Below, in pieces: positions 41,109 to 53,516 of a stretch of 64,000 nt of DNA. Each line of letters opens with the position of its first letter. Within the stretch, counting starts at the first letter, position 1. This DNA is from Paraspadella gotoi (Eukaryota; Animalia; Chaetognatha): NCBI GenBank assembly GCA_051294375.1, contig CM119265.1, positions 27,898,665 through 27,962,664 of the forward strand. Direction: 5' to 3'. A program made the translations under genes and the position numbers. Under the pieces are notes generated by a model. That model saw nothing but the letters and a program-made list of their open reading frames with translations, searched no databases and had not been told where the DNA came from.

Positions 41109-42299
41109 CTCTCTCTCTCTCCTCTCTCTCTTCCACCTCTCACNNNNNNNNNNNNNNNNNNNNNNNNNTCTCTCTCCGAGGAAATATCGGAAAATGTATT
41201 CGAAATTCAGACATTGGTGGAAAAAGTCTCCAATGGGGATTTTGCCAAAAGAATAAAAAAATCCGTTGAACGAAAAAAAATGTGAAAATAAAAAGAAAAG
41301 AAAATCGCAAAGAAATTCCTCATATTTATTTTTTTTCTTTTTTTTATATCAAAATATTTCTGTTTTTTTTTAACTTGTTTCTATTATCTTTTAACATGAA
41401 ATAAAGTAAGTTGGGTTAAAAAATACAAAGATTATAATTTTTTAGATAAAATATGGAGATAAATGAGTTAACAATAATTTGAAATATGTATAGTTTATTC
41501 AGTTTTAGCATAAAACAAGTCTTGAAAGAGAGAAAAAAAATATCTAATAAGAGAGAGAAAAAAAGAGAGGAGAAAAAAAAAGAAAGAGTGAAAGGGGGGT
41601 GAGAAAAAGAGAGAGAGAGAAACAGAAGGAGAGAGAAAAAGAAAAAGGGAGAGAGAAAGAGAGAGTAAACAGAACAGAGAGAAAATATTCTCAATATAAT
41701 AACATAAGTCAGAAAGTATATTTTCTTATCTAAAACTTTGCTCTCTCTTTAACTCGCCCCTGGGGGAGCATTTTTTTGCTCCCGCAAGGGGTTTACCCCC
41801 CAGGGGCTCGACTTTTTTTGGCCCCAGGGGGCTAAGATTAGGGGCGCGCCCTAATAGACCAAAATGTTGGCGCCAGGGGGAACCCCTGGGGCGGCCCCTG
41901 AAGCAGATCCAGAGGGGGCGCCCCCTCATATGACCATTTTGCTGCTCCCCCTGGAATAGTCTTGGCCTGGGGCCGCCCCTAGAGCGGCCCAGCGGGCGGA
42001 GGAAATTTGGGAGATGACATATCTCCGCCACGAGACGCATTATTAGGTTTCACTCATCGTTTATATCGTTATCCGTATGCGCTCGCAACGGCGTCGTGAA
42101 ATTGGGTCTATGTTGATATTTTTTTATAGGCACGTAAGCGTTATTAGGTCATGTTCCTCGACATTGTTTAACATAGTTGCTCCGCAACGACCTACAAATC
42201 TAGGTTAAAGTAAGTTATTGTATTTTGGGATTTTGTTTGAGATAAAATAATAAATTGGCGATAAGAAAAAGAAAAACCGAATTTCTTTGCCAATTATAT

Positions 42300-44305
42300 C
42301 TCTAGATATAAATTTGGGATTTGTACCTTGAAAAAAAAAGCGGGGCGGGAATAATGCGATAAATAAAAGTTTTGAGAGGAAAAAAAATAATCAGAATTTT
42401 TCAAAACGAACGATCGTTACAGAGTGAGAGAGACAGAAAGAACAGAAAGAGAGAGATAAGAGAAGACAGAAAGAGAAAAAGAGAGACAAAGAGACAGAAA
42501 GAAAGAGAAAGCTGGAAGCCAGCTGAACAGTCACTGCAGAACCTGAAACTCGTTTTTTAAGGGTTAGAAAAAGCAGCATTACTGACAAATTGGAAAAGAA
42601 CATCTATATATAATTTAAAGAAATAAAAGAAAGGCAAAAATATGTTACAATTGTTTACAATTGGAAATTTTTCCAAAATTTTTTTCCAATCGCAGCTTGT
42701 AAAAGATTTAATTTAATATTTGTATTCGAAAATTAAGAATATAGGCTTCGCATTAAAAAAAATCCGTTTGAGTTCGCCATTTTTATTAAAAATTTAAACA
42801 AATTTTTTTGAATTCATCTTCATTTTTATCTGCAATATGTCTAAATTAGATAAAGCATTTCGTATATACTAATTGGATATTATAAGGAGTGACTTTTATA
42901 CTCATTTGCATATTTGCCAGTAAAAATCATGAATGAAGTGGAAAATTCAATACAAAATATTAAATTCAAATGTAATTGAAAATATTCACAGCTATTTCAA
43001 GATGAAAAGCCATATCTAAATTTTTAACCTTACTATGATCGCACACTTTTGTAAAACTTTTATCATAATTCATACATAATTTTTTTATTTTAAAAAAAAC
43101 GGTAGTCCAGCCAAGACCTTATAAAGCGTTAGTGTTTTTTATATGAAAACAGCGTGACGGACGACGACGACGACGACGCGACGACGACGTGACAGTCACA
43201 AAGAAGCAACCCTAACAAATTTAGAGCCCTGACCCGGCTTTCGCCGGTCAAGCTCGATAACTACTACGCTTTTCTCATAGGTTTGGCTGTGGACTTACCG
43301 TTTTTTTTAATGATAAAGTTTTACGAAAGTGTGCATTCATAGTAAGTTAAATTTAGATATGGCTTCTCATCTTGAATAGCTTTGATATTTTCTTATTAGC
43401 ATTTCGATTTAAGTATTTTTTGTTTGAATTTCCATTCATTATGATTTACTTGCAATATGCAAATGAGATTATAGTAACTCATTAATCATATCCAAAATTA
43501 AGTATATAGAAATGCTTTAATCCTATTTACATATTGGCAGTATATAAATATTGAAGATGAATTCAAAAAGAAAAATTTTTTAAATCTCTAGTAAATGGAC
43601 TCAAATAACTTTTTAATGAGAAGCTATATTTAATTTTAATACAAATAAAATAAAATCTTTTACCAAGCGTGCGAATTGAAAAAATTGGAAAAATTTCAAA
43701 TTGTAAACCCATTGTAACAATTTTTGCTTTCTTTTATTTCTTTTATTTCTTTATTCTTTTATTTCTTTTATTTCCATTTTAAACGTTTGTGGTCTTTTTG
43801 TTTTTTTTTATGTTTTTTTGTTTAAAAATTTGAATTTTGAAGCGTTCTTGAACGTTAATTTTTATAGTTTTCTTATGAATTAGGTTCATAACATTTTTTA
43901 TTTATGGTCAATTTAAAGCGTTAGTGGGTCTTTTTTTTTCTGGTGAATTTTAAATAATTTTAGTTTTTACTTGTTTTACTGCTTTCTAGTTTTTTACACT
44001 GATACTGTTTTTGATTTTTGTCAATAGACTGTTTTGGTATTAACCATAAAAAAAACTAAAAAAAAAAAAAAAAACAACCGAAAGTTCAGTTTCCTGCCAC
44101 TGAACTGTAGCGGCCTCAAAGGCAGCTGTCCAGCTTTGTCTCTCTTCTCTCTCTTTCTCTTTCTGTCTCTTTCTCTCTTTACGATCTGCTTGCGTGGATC
44201 GTTCTTTTTTAGACAAAAATTATGATTATGTTTTTGTTTCTAAAAAAACTTTTATTCGGGACATTTTTATCTTCAATACTAAAATACCAATTTACATCCG
44301 AAGAT
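42300..44305. mobile_element. Foldback / long inverted-repeat element
   Basis: ~42300-43133 is the diverged reverse complement of ~43261-44305; the right arm has an extra ~300 bp T-rich insert; spacer ~125 bp. Confidence 0.75.
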
Positions 44306-46954
44306 TTGTTCGTGTACAGTTTTTAACAAAAGTAAAGGAAATAACTTATATTGACATGCATTGTCACATATAAATCACGCTAACTGTGACTGTATTATAT
44401 ATGCAGCACTTTCCCCGGCCAAAATATGCATTACATTTAAAAAAAATAATTTGGTATTTATTTAATTATTGTAACTTGAACCGGTTGGCCCACTATTGGC
44501 AAATTAATATTAAAATAGGAGTTGATAAGAGGATATAGTCAAATTAAACAATTACTTTTTTTGTTATTCTAGATATTTAATCTATTATTAATTTATAAAT
44601 ATTTAGTGTATATATTTAATCATTTTTATCTTTTTTTTAAATATTAATTATTGTGAGTTGTAAATAACTATTTATATAATTAATTAAAATATGCAAAATA
44701 TAAAATTTGGACCTCGGTCTTGGTTTCTTCTCTAAAAAAAGAACAATCAAAAAATTTCAATTCAAGATTAAAATTTTTTTAACAATGAGGAAATAAAAAT
44801 TTTTTTGATAAGTAAAAATAATATTTGGAAGTCCAAAAATATCATAAGTCGTTAACTGAGTATTTTCCAAGCTATATATTTTGTTAATAGGGATTATAAT
44901 GTTTGGATGCATTAATTATTGAAAAGAGTTTAGTTTTTTTTCTTCCCTGAATAGGGGTAGCCCCTCTCATGGGGGTGAAATGCAAAAAATTTAAGTATGG
45001 GAATATGCTCAAACGAAAATTTATGCATTTTTTAAGTTTTACTTTCAATGTAGGCAAAAATTTCTTATATGGCTCTATAAACCAAATATTTATTTGTATA
45101 TTTTTTTTAATAGAAAGGGTGTGATCGTGTCAGGATGGTTGAGGGGTTGTTAATGTGCATTGGCGGAGTTCCCCTTACAGGGATTGACGGCATCAAAGTT
45201 ACCAGTATTGAGAATCACATCTCAATTATATGTACAATTCATTCCTATCTATTAGACATATCCTCCCTGCCATCTCACCGACCTCTCCTCCAATTCCTAC
45301 TCTCAAGTTTCATCAAACTTTACCCTAACATCACTCACTATCCATTTTACATACTACTCCCATTCGTTCATTAATTCTCTTATAGGTCCAAAATTAATTA
45401 AAAATCTTTACTTCCATCTTCAATACATATACTACCTATTCTATTAACTGAACATACTCCAAAACATATTCACTTTTTTCCCCCCCCCCATCCCCCCCCT
45501 TCTTTAATCACACATTCACATCTCCTGTTCTTCTCTCATTCTCAACGAACAACCCCGGATCCTTTATCTATGTATTTGACCTCAATCCTGTATTCAATTT
45601 TCCTTCACCCGTCTCATGACTCCTGTCATTCCCTTCACCAACATCCCCACACCGATTAACCATAGAAAATAGAAGAAGACCAATGAAGACAGATCAAAGA
45701 AGAAAACCCTTAGTTTATACTATTAACGTATAGCACCAACTAATTTTCTGACCTGATTAGATATATAAATGATAATCAAATTATAAAAAGATAGTCAAAG
45801 TTATAAATGAATAGTACAAATTATAATGTTATAGTCTAATTATAATAGATATCAAAGGTTTAAAATGATATCAAATTTGTAAATGATAGTTCGATTTGGA
45901 TAAGTAATAATCTGTTAGAAATTAGTATATTTGATAGTCAGAAATTTATAGATGAAAATAAATAATAAGATTTATATATTAACTTTTATAATAAGAATAA
46001 AGGTAACTTCATCTACTAATTAGAGTCAAAAATTATCATCATTAAATTTAAGGAAGCAGGTACCTAAAAGGTAAATAAAAATTACCATATTTTAAAACTC
46101 AATTGAGAGGGCTTCATCCTGCTATATTATTCTGTAAAGGGAGCTGCCTTAACCAACCATGAACCGGGTCCAAAGTCAGGGTAAGATATAATATTATTAA
46201 TGAAATGGATATTTTGGGGTATTGGGGTCCGGGCACTAATTCATAAAAATGGGGGAGAACAGATAATTTTAGTGGGATAAAAAGTGGGAAGAAAAAAGAT
46301 AATAAGAATAATGTTAAAAAAAACAGGAAGAGGTAAAAATAGATAATATATGTAAAAGCTTAGTAAGATTATAAAAGTAATAGAGAAATAAAACGTTAAA
46401 TCGGATAAAAAAGATTTGAAGTTAAAAAAAGAAAATGAAAGTAACTTGAAAATCGTGGTAAAAATGGCGAAAAACTTTTATAAAAAAAAAAAAATAAAAG
46501 GAAGAAAATAAAAAAGAAGAAAGTAAAAAGAAAGAAAATAAGCTCCAGCCAAAAGTCTGCGGTGGGTCTAACGTTAGCGCTATTTGAGTTCATGAAGGAT
46601 TTTCCGACAGTAGTTTGGTAAGGAAAAGAAAGGGAAAAAAAAAGAAAGGAAGAGTTAAAAATAAGAAACAAATGAAAGAAAAGACAAATAAAAGGAAAGG
46701 AAAAAATTTGAAAAGAGGACAGAAAGAAAGAACTACAAAAGAGATTAATATAAAAAAAATGAAAGAAAAAAAGTTAAGAATAGAGAAAAACGAATTTAAA
46801 CTTGTTTAAATTACGATTAAATAAATGATATTGCAAAAGAACTTAAAGTATTTAAATTCGATAGGAACAAATGTAAATTGGAGTAGGCGTTGCACTAATT
46901 GTAGCCTAAAAATATAAGACGGTCCATTTATACTTGAAACACGCTAAGTTTTTA

Positions 46955-47022
<68 letters not shown>

Positions 47023-47053
47023 TCTCTCTCACTCACTCTCTCTCTCTCACCAC

Positions 47054-47160
47054 CTTCATTGAGCTGTAAATGAGGTGAGCACTCCGGGAGTCCAAGCGAC
47101 AATGAAGCGCGCGTGTAGATGTTATTGCACATGTAATGCGCGGCGTCTTGCATTTGCCAC
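47054..47160 (-). other. Exon 2, redundant noisy copy
   Basis: Aligns with 27529-27637 including flanks, with indels. Confidence 0.8.
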
Positions 47161-47423
47161 CTGGCAACGAAGAACATATCATCACTCAAGGCTGCAGAAA
47201 CTAATGCTCACATATACGACAGATTTCACTTGTTTGGTATATATAATATATATATAATATATAGCTTCTTGGTACACCAAACCAGAAAATCCATCGAAAT
47301 TGACATGTCTCACTCCGTGTAAGCAAAGATTTTCAAACATTTAGAATGATGGAATCTTCTAGACATAAAAACATGTCTCAATAAAAGAGTTTACGAAAAA
47401 GAGAGAGCAGAGGGAGAAAAGAG

Positions 47424-47460
<37 letters not shown>

Positions 47461-50400
47461 GTGACTGGCCGATTCGGCGCCGAAGGAGAGATGATCGTGA
47501 GAAGAGAGAGAGAGAGAAGAGAGTAGGAGAAGAGAAATGTCCTCACCGTGAGCTCATATCACGTAAGCGGGAGAAATAATGATGTTCGCCGAGCTCTGCA
47601 GTTCGGCGTCCATGTGCGAGCGTGCAAAGCGGCGCCAGGCAAGTAGTTAAGGCCGATGATGTTACAGGACAACACACCCTTCGGTTTTCAGGCAAGCTTG
47701 GTGATCCGAATTTTTTCATAGCTTGATGAATTCTTTTATTACATTTTTTTTGTTTTATTTAATTGGTTTGTTGTATTTAAGGTCTGTTTAGTTTCTCATG
47801 CAAAATTTAAACGCTCTAGCCTCACTTCGGTTTGTTCGTCTTGGGTGATTTTTTTTATGTATTAACAAGTTTTCGCTGCATTTTTTCGAGACGTAAATTG
47901 ATTTTTTTATCTCAATTTTTTTTTTTAATGGTTGACTTTAATTACTTCACGCTATTATATCAGTCTACATTTGATAAAATTTACTTCCTTTTTTTAACGA
48001 TTTTATTCCGGTCAGCCTTTTTCATAGTGGTATTGCTGAGCTGATATTCTTTCTATTAATTTAATGTTTTAATAGGGTCGACTTCACTGGAATGATCTAG
48101 TGGCATTTCAGTTATGGGAACTAATTCGGAATCGGGATTTTTCTCATTTATTTTCCTTTCATCTCAGTTCAAATATTTATCCGATTGTTATAAGGTCCTT
48201 GGTTATACTCAGGAGCTCTAAACGGAAGAGACCTTTGGATGGTTATTCCAGTAATAGTCCCAGAGAGAGTACTTTTCTGCATCATTTATACTGGACCTCG
48301 TGGTTACGCAGTTTTTTTTGCGTTTTTCTCCACTCATTATGAGAAAGAACCAATAAGGCCTCAGACTTCATTGTTGTCCTAGTTTCATATTCTTCACACG
48401 AGGCGCTAAATTAGGCATGATGGTTAAATTCATTTTCTCTTATTATATTCTCTACTAAACCAATAGGTTCAATAAACTAACTTACCTTTCACAATCATTG
48501 CATTTAATTAATTATCATCACAGTTGATTTAAATGATTTTTTTTAGGCATTTCATTCTTCGATATATCATTCTTTTCAACAAACTTATTCTCCTCTTCTT
48601 ATCGATTGAACGCTAAATATTATTTTTTTTCAGTGCTATGGTATAAGCGTCAAGAATCAAATTATTAATTGCCCTATGAAAAAACCTTATGCACACTGTG
48701 CATTTGAAACATCTCGTTATCTGGGTCTATACCTCAAGGTAACCGCATTTATTAAATATACTTTAATAAGTCAGTTTGTTATATTTTCGCTGGCTTTACT
48801 ATTTGTATAAGCGGATTCTCCTTCGAGCTCTTCTATATAAATATCTGACATTATGTAGATATACTTATTGACTATTAACAAAACAAGTTAATCTTTCGAA
48901 CATTTGTCTATTTTCTATATCTCTTAAATTTAACCTAAATACTCTTCATATACAAAAGACCCACTTATTCAAAAAAAAAATTCACAAGACAAACGAGGTA
49001 TTTGAAAAATCCACTTTGCCTTCACAAAATTCGATTAAAATAGTTATTGGGAACTTTGTCAATATAAATATCGGGAATTATGTGGCAAATCTCATGTAGC
49101 AACTCCTATCATGCAGATTAGTCATAACACAGCATAATGCATATAAGAACTAACAACGGGAACAACACGTCTCACACACAATTACCCCGCACAAATAACG
49201 CGATCGATTTTTATACAGTGTAAGCAATAATTATTCAATTCAAAAAATGGAACTCTACTCACCAATTTAGGTATTGAATATTATATTAGAATTAATTGAT
49301 ATTATGATACATGATAAACCGGTGTTTCTCTGTCCATCTGTCAGAATGAGTGATAATATTCTAACACTAATCTTAAAATGCACTTTTTATTGTGCATTTG
49401 TATCTATTCCCATACTCCTGTCTTGTCAAAGTCGCCTCCATGTCGCTCATGGCACTTTTTACCAATACTCTCTTCGGCTATATTCTCAAAATCGTGCTTA
49501 ACAGTCTTAGACTCTTCCTTTCCTTCAGTATTTGTACCTCCCTCGAATCACCATCTCTGTCCTCTCTCCTGATCTCTCTCTCTTCATTCCTTTATCATGG
49601 TCATGTATTCGATGCGCCATGTTACTAACCGTTCTCAGCTCAGTACTCGTGACTCTTTACCCCGGCTCCTTGTTGCTACAGGTGTCCACAGATTAATCTT
49701 TTAGACACGTCGAACAACCCCCCCTCCACCTCTGTATCTCCCTCCGTTGCACTCCTCTGTCCTGCTCTGTCTCTCTCTGGTTCTCCCTCTCCTCCCACAC
49801 CCTAGTCGTACTCCACTTCGACACGACTCGTCTGTCCTCCACGTTATCCTCTGCTCTCTCTTTTTCTAGAAAAAAACAAAAGAAAAAACAAAAACCCAAG
49901 AGGGAAATCAACTTAAACAAATATTAAGAACATAACTTTCCAAAGATCTTTGTTCGGCGACAGATCTGGTGTCTAGGATATGGTTACGCGGGAAAAGAGC
50001 TTCACTCAGAGTACGATCAACTACCACGATCAGCGCGCAATTCCAGACTAGGTATTTCTTAGTATATGCAGACAGCCAGATGCAGACGTGACTAAGGATA
50101 AAGGTAGCGAGACTTTTAATTAAGAGGAAAAAGAAGGAACCGAATGATGCAAGGGACAGGGATTAAGTTAGAAGAATGGAACAACTATTGTTCTCCGGCG
50201 GGACGTTAAAGTCTTTACTAATAGCGGTGATGAGACTCAAAATTTATTTTTTAATCTCCAATGTAATCTCTCATCACTTATTCCTCATTCAAATAAAAGT
50301 TTTAAAAAAACGAGTTAACTCTCTAATTTTACTCACTAATAATGTTGAAAAAACTTATTGAGAAACAGAGAGTACGAGAATTTTTACTTCGTATCGAAAA

Positions 50401-51639
50401 ACTGATTCTATTTTTATTGCTTCGGGCTTTTGCGAGAAAAAAGAAGTTTCAACTCTCGTCGTATTTTGAACTTTCAGCTGCACGTTGCTGTTTTCAAACT
50501 GTTTCTTCGATATGAACTATTCGTCCATGAATTTACGTTCTTATTTCAACGCCTCTCCGCTGAGTGTTTTAATTTATTGATTAAATAATTATAGAAATAT
50601 GCTGGAAGGAATAAGAAAAGAGTGAAAGAACGGAATCCCACGACGTATATGTATTACGATTCTGGAGTGCCTTGGTAAATATATACGATTAGGATTGTAT
50701 ATTATAGAAGATTAACTTAACAGAAGCAGTTAAATAAAACTTCATTTCTTTACCAAAAAGAATAATTCTTAAGATCCTTGTCACACTATTTTAAGGTGAT
50801 AATTTAAAATTAGCTTTCTTGGGCCGAAGTATTTCTTAGGGTATTTTAATCTGCTTGGTCAATATTTAATATAAACAGAAATATAAGCATAATCAATTAG
50901 AGTGAATTTATGTAGTTTTCTTTTTTAGCGTAATTGCCGACGGAATTATTCGTTTATTCTATCCTCGTTATTCTTAGAGAGGAAAAAAAGGGAACGATTG
51001 ACAAACTATATAACAATACACGAAAAGGCTTATTGGTCCAACCGCGGTGAAGTAAGATAACTAAGACTCGATTTAAAAATGTATGAATTGAAACATTTAC
51101 ACGAGTTTACGGGCTGAAATGTATATATCAAAAAAATCGTGGTTTGTGAAACCAATTATAAAACATTATATATTTTATCACAAACTCCGGGCTAACATTT
51201 TATAAGTTACAAAATAAAACGCATGACGTTATAATTAGCTCATGTTGCATAAATTAAGAGTAAGAGTAAAGAGGATAATTATAAACATGTAAAAAATGAA
51301 GGTATAAAAAAGAAAAACAACAAAAGGAAGAAAACACAAAATATATTAAAAAAAAACAGGTTGTCTACAAAGGGAACATATAGTAATGAAAGATATTATA
51401 ATATTATAGAAAGTAAATTGACAAAACAAGAGCGATGATCGCCTTGTTATTGTATGAAAAATAATAAAAAAAAAAGATAATATTATTTAATAGAGAAAGT
51501 ATAGGAAACTTAGGATGCGGAAGAATTAAAGGGTTTTAAAGTCAATGATATTTAAAGAGATCAAGAGCAGTGATATTCTGGAAGGTGGAGCATTGGGAAA
51601 TGTTTGGCATCTAAAAAATAAAAATATGTTATTAAACAG

Positions 51640-52665
51640 AGAGGTTATGTCGTTCTAGGCTGCGATATTAAAGAGCGAGGCACAAGAGATGAATATTATT
51701 ACCGTCATCTCATTTCCTTGACTAGAGGTCTCTATCTTAATTTAATAGCTCGTCGTTCTTTGGCTCGATAAGCCGACGGCCCTGTGATATTTTTCGTCAT
51801 CCCAATCCTACTTTATAGCTTTATTATATGTTGTACGTCGTTTCTGGCTCCGATAGCGATTGGCCACCTGTGAATATTTGTTTTCCGATCATCATCAACT
51901 ATCCTACATAAAAGCTCTATATTTGGTATTGATCGTTTCTGCGCTCGATACGACGAGGCCTTTAATTCACATCTGATGCATATTTTCCGTCACTCTACAT
52001 GCACCTACTCACATCTCTTATAATGATGGTAAGTCCGTAATCTAGGCTTTCGATAATGTCAAGTCTGAAGTGCCTTCTCTGTGTATATTTCCACTTGTCA
52101 TCCTCATAACCTACAACTAAAGCACATATAACTGTGTAAGTTATCGGTTATCAGTAAGCTCGATAGCGAGCCCTGTGATAATTTTCCGTCATCCCATTCC
52201 TACTACAGCTCCATTATTACGTAAGAGTATTATCTGTATTACATTGAAGCTCGATTATAAACTGCGAGGCCCTCCGTGTAATTTTATTAAACTTTTTCCC
52301 GTCTCCACATACTTCTAATCTAATCAGGCTCTTAATAGTGTACGCTTCTCGTTCTGGCTCGATAGCGGCCCCTGTGATTATTTTCCCCGTCATCCAGTCG
52401 GACCTCTTTAAGCTTTAAATAGGTAGTCGTCTCCTGAGTCTCGAGGAATACGCCGTCAGGATTCTCATCAGCTCGTGAGATATTTTTCCGCTCTATACAT
52501 CGCATCCCTATACACTCTAAGCCCTCCATCATACGTGTAAAGTGCGTTCTCGACAGCTGAATAAGCGAGGCCCACTGTGATATTTTCCGTCATCCATGAC
52601 CTACTAAGCTTCTTATAGTGGTAAAGTCGTTCAATGGCATCGAATAGGCGAGGAGGCCCTGATGA
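51640..52665 (+). repeat. ~70-bp tandem repeat in noisy sequence (~10-11 units)
   Basis: Consensus approximately CCCTGTGATATTTTCCGTCATCCCATCCTACTAAGCTCTTATAGTGTAAGTCGTTCTGGCTCGATAGCGAGG, each unit inflated by random insertions. Confidence 0.75.
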
Positions 52666-53253
52666 TTACAAAATTATTCCAATCCATCCCAAATCACGAG
52701 TATTAATAATCTAAGACCGCAAGACGACCACAAAGAAATATAAGATCAATCCGATTAAGCCAGCCGACTAAAAATTTCGGAAAAGAAAAAAAAAATTAAA
52801 AAATAAAAAATTGACAGTCAGATTGACGTATCGTAAGGATAATCAAGATAAATTACACCAATCAAAATAAAAGAAATTAAAATGGGACATTACATTTTAA
52901 TCATTCCGTAACGAATACAAGTAATACAACTATTCGTCACGTTCTAAGAATTAACTGAATGAGATTTTAGAAAGAGCAATTATTGCAAAAATTATATACC
53001 ATACCCACATTTACGAATAAATAAAAGAAGTATTATTACACATGATATAAATTTTGTATGATTTATGATAAAATTGGGGTTGGTGGTAGGCAGGGAAGGA
53101 TTAGTTTTACGTTAAGAAAATATGGGGGGTGGTGTCATCGATGCTGGTTATAATTCTTTTTTTGTATGTTTGAGAAAAAAAATTGTGGTGTGTTCAAAAA
53201 CAGTTATTGTAATTATTGGTAAAATAAGACTTTAAGAATTCTCTTCAGACATT

Positions 53254-53322
<69 letters not shown>

Positions 53323-53472
53323 AGAGAGAAAGAGAGAGAGAGAAAAGAGAGAGAGAGAGAAAAGAGAAAGTGAAAAAGTGAGTAAAGACACAGAGTGCAA
53401 CATTGTGGCCAAAACAAAACAAGGAAACCGAAAAAATTTCATTGCGATCGCTGAGAGTAATGGGCAATATAA

Positions 53473-53516
<44 letters not shown>

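Noticed and set aside
45230-46110. Biological hypermutation or editing of a gene copy
   Set aside because: Changes are deletions of one base type that fade along the sequence, as expected from a read artefact.
47520-51640. Novel unique sequence and small ORFs
   Set aside because: Lies where 27990-29780 is expected and shows only faint traces of it (e.g. ~50975-51005 versus ~29240-29275); probably low-quality read sequence, with no interpretable motifs.
51640-52665. CRISPR array
   Set aside because: No unique spacers, the whole unit repeats, there are no cas genes and the context is eukaryotic.
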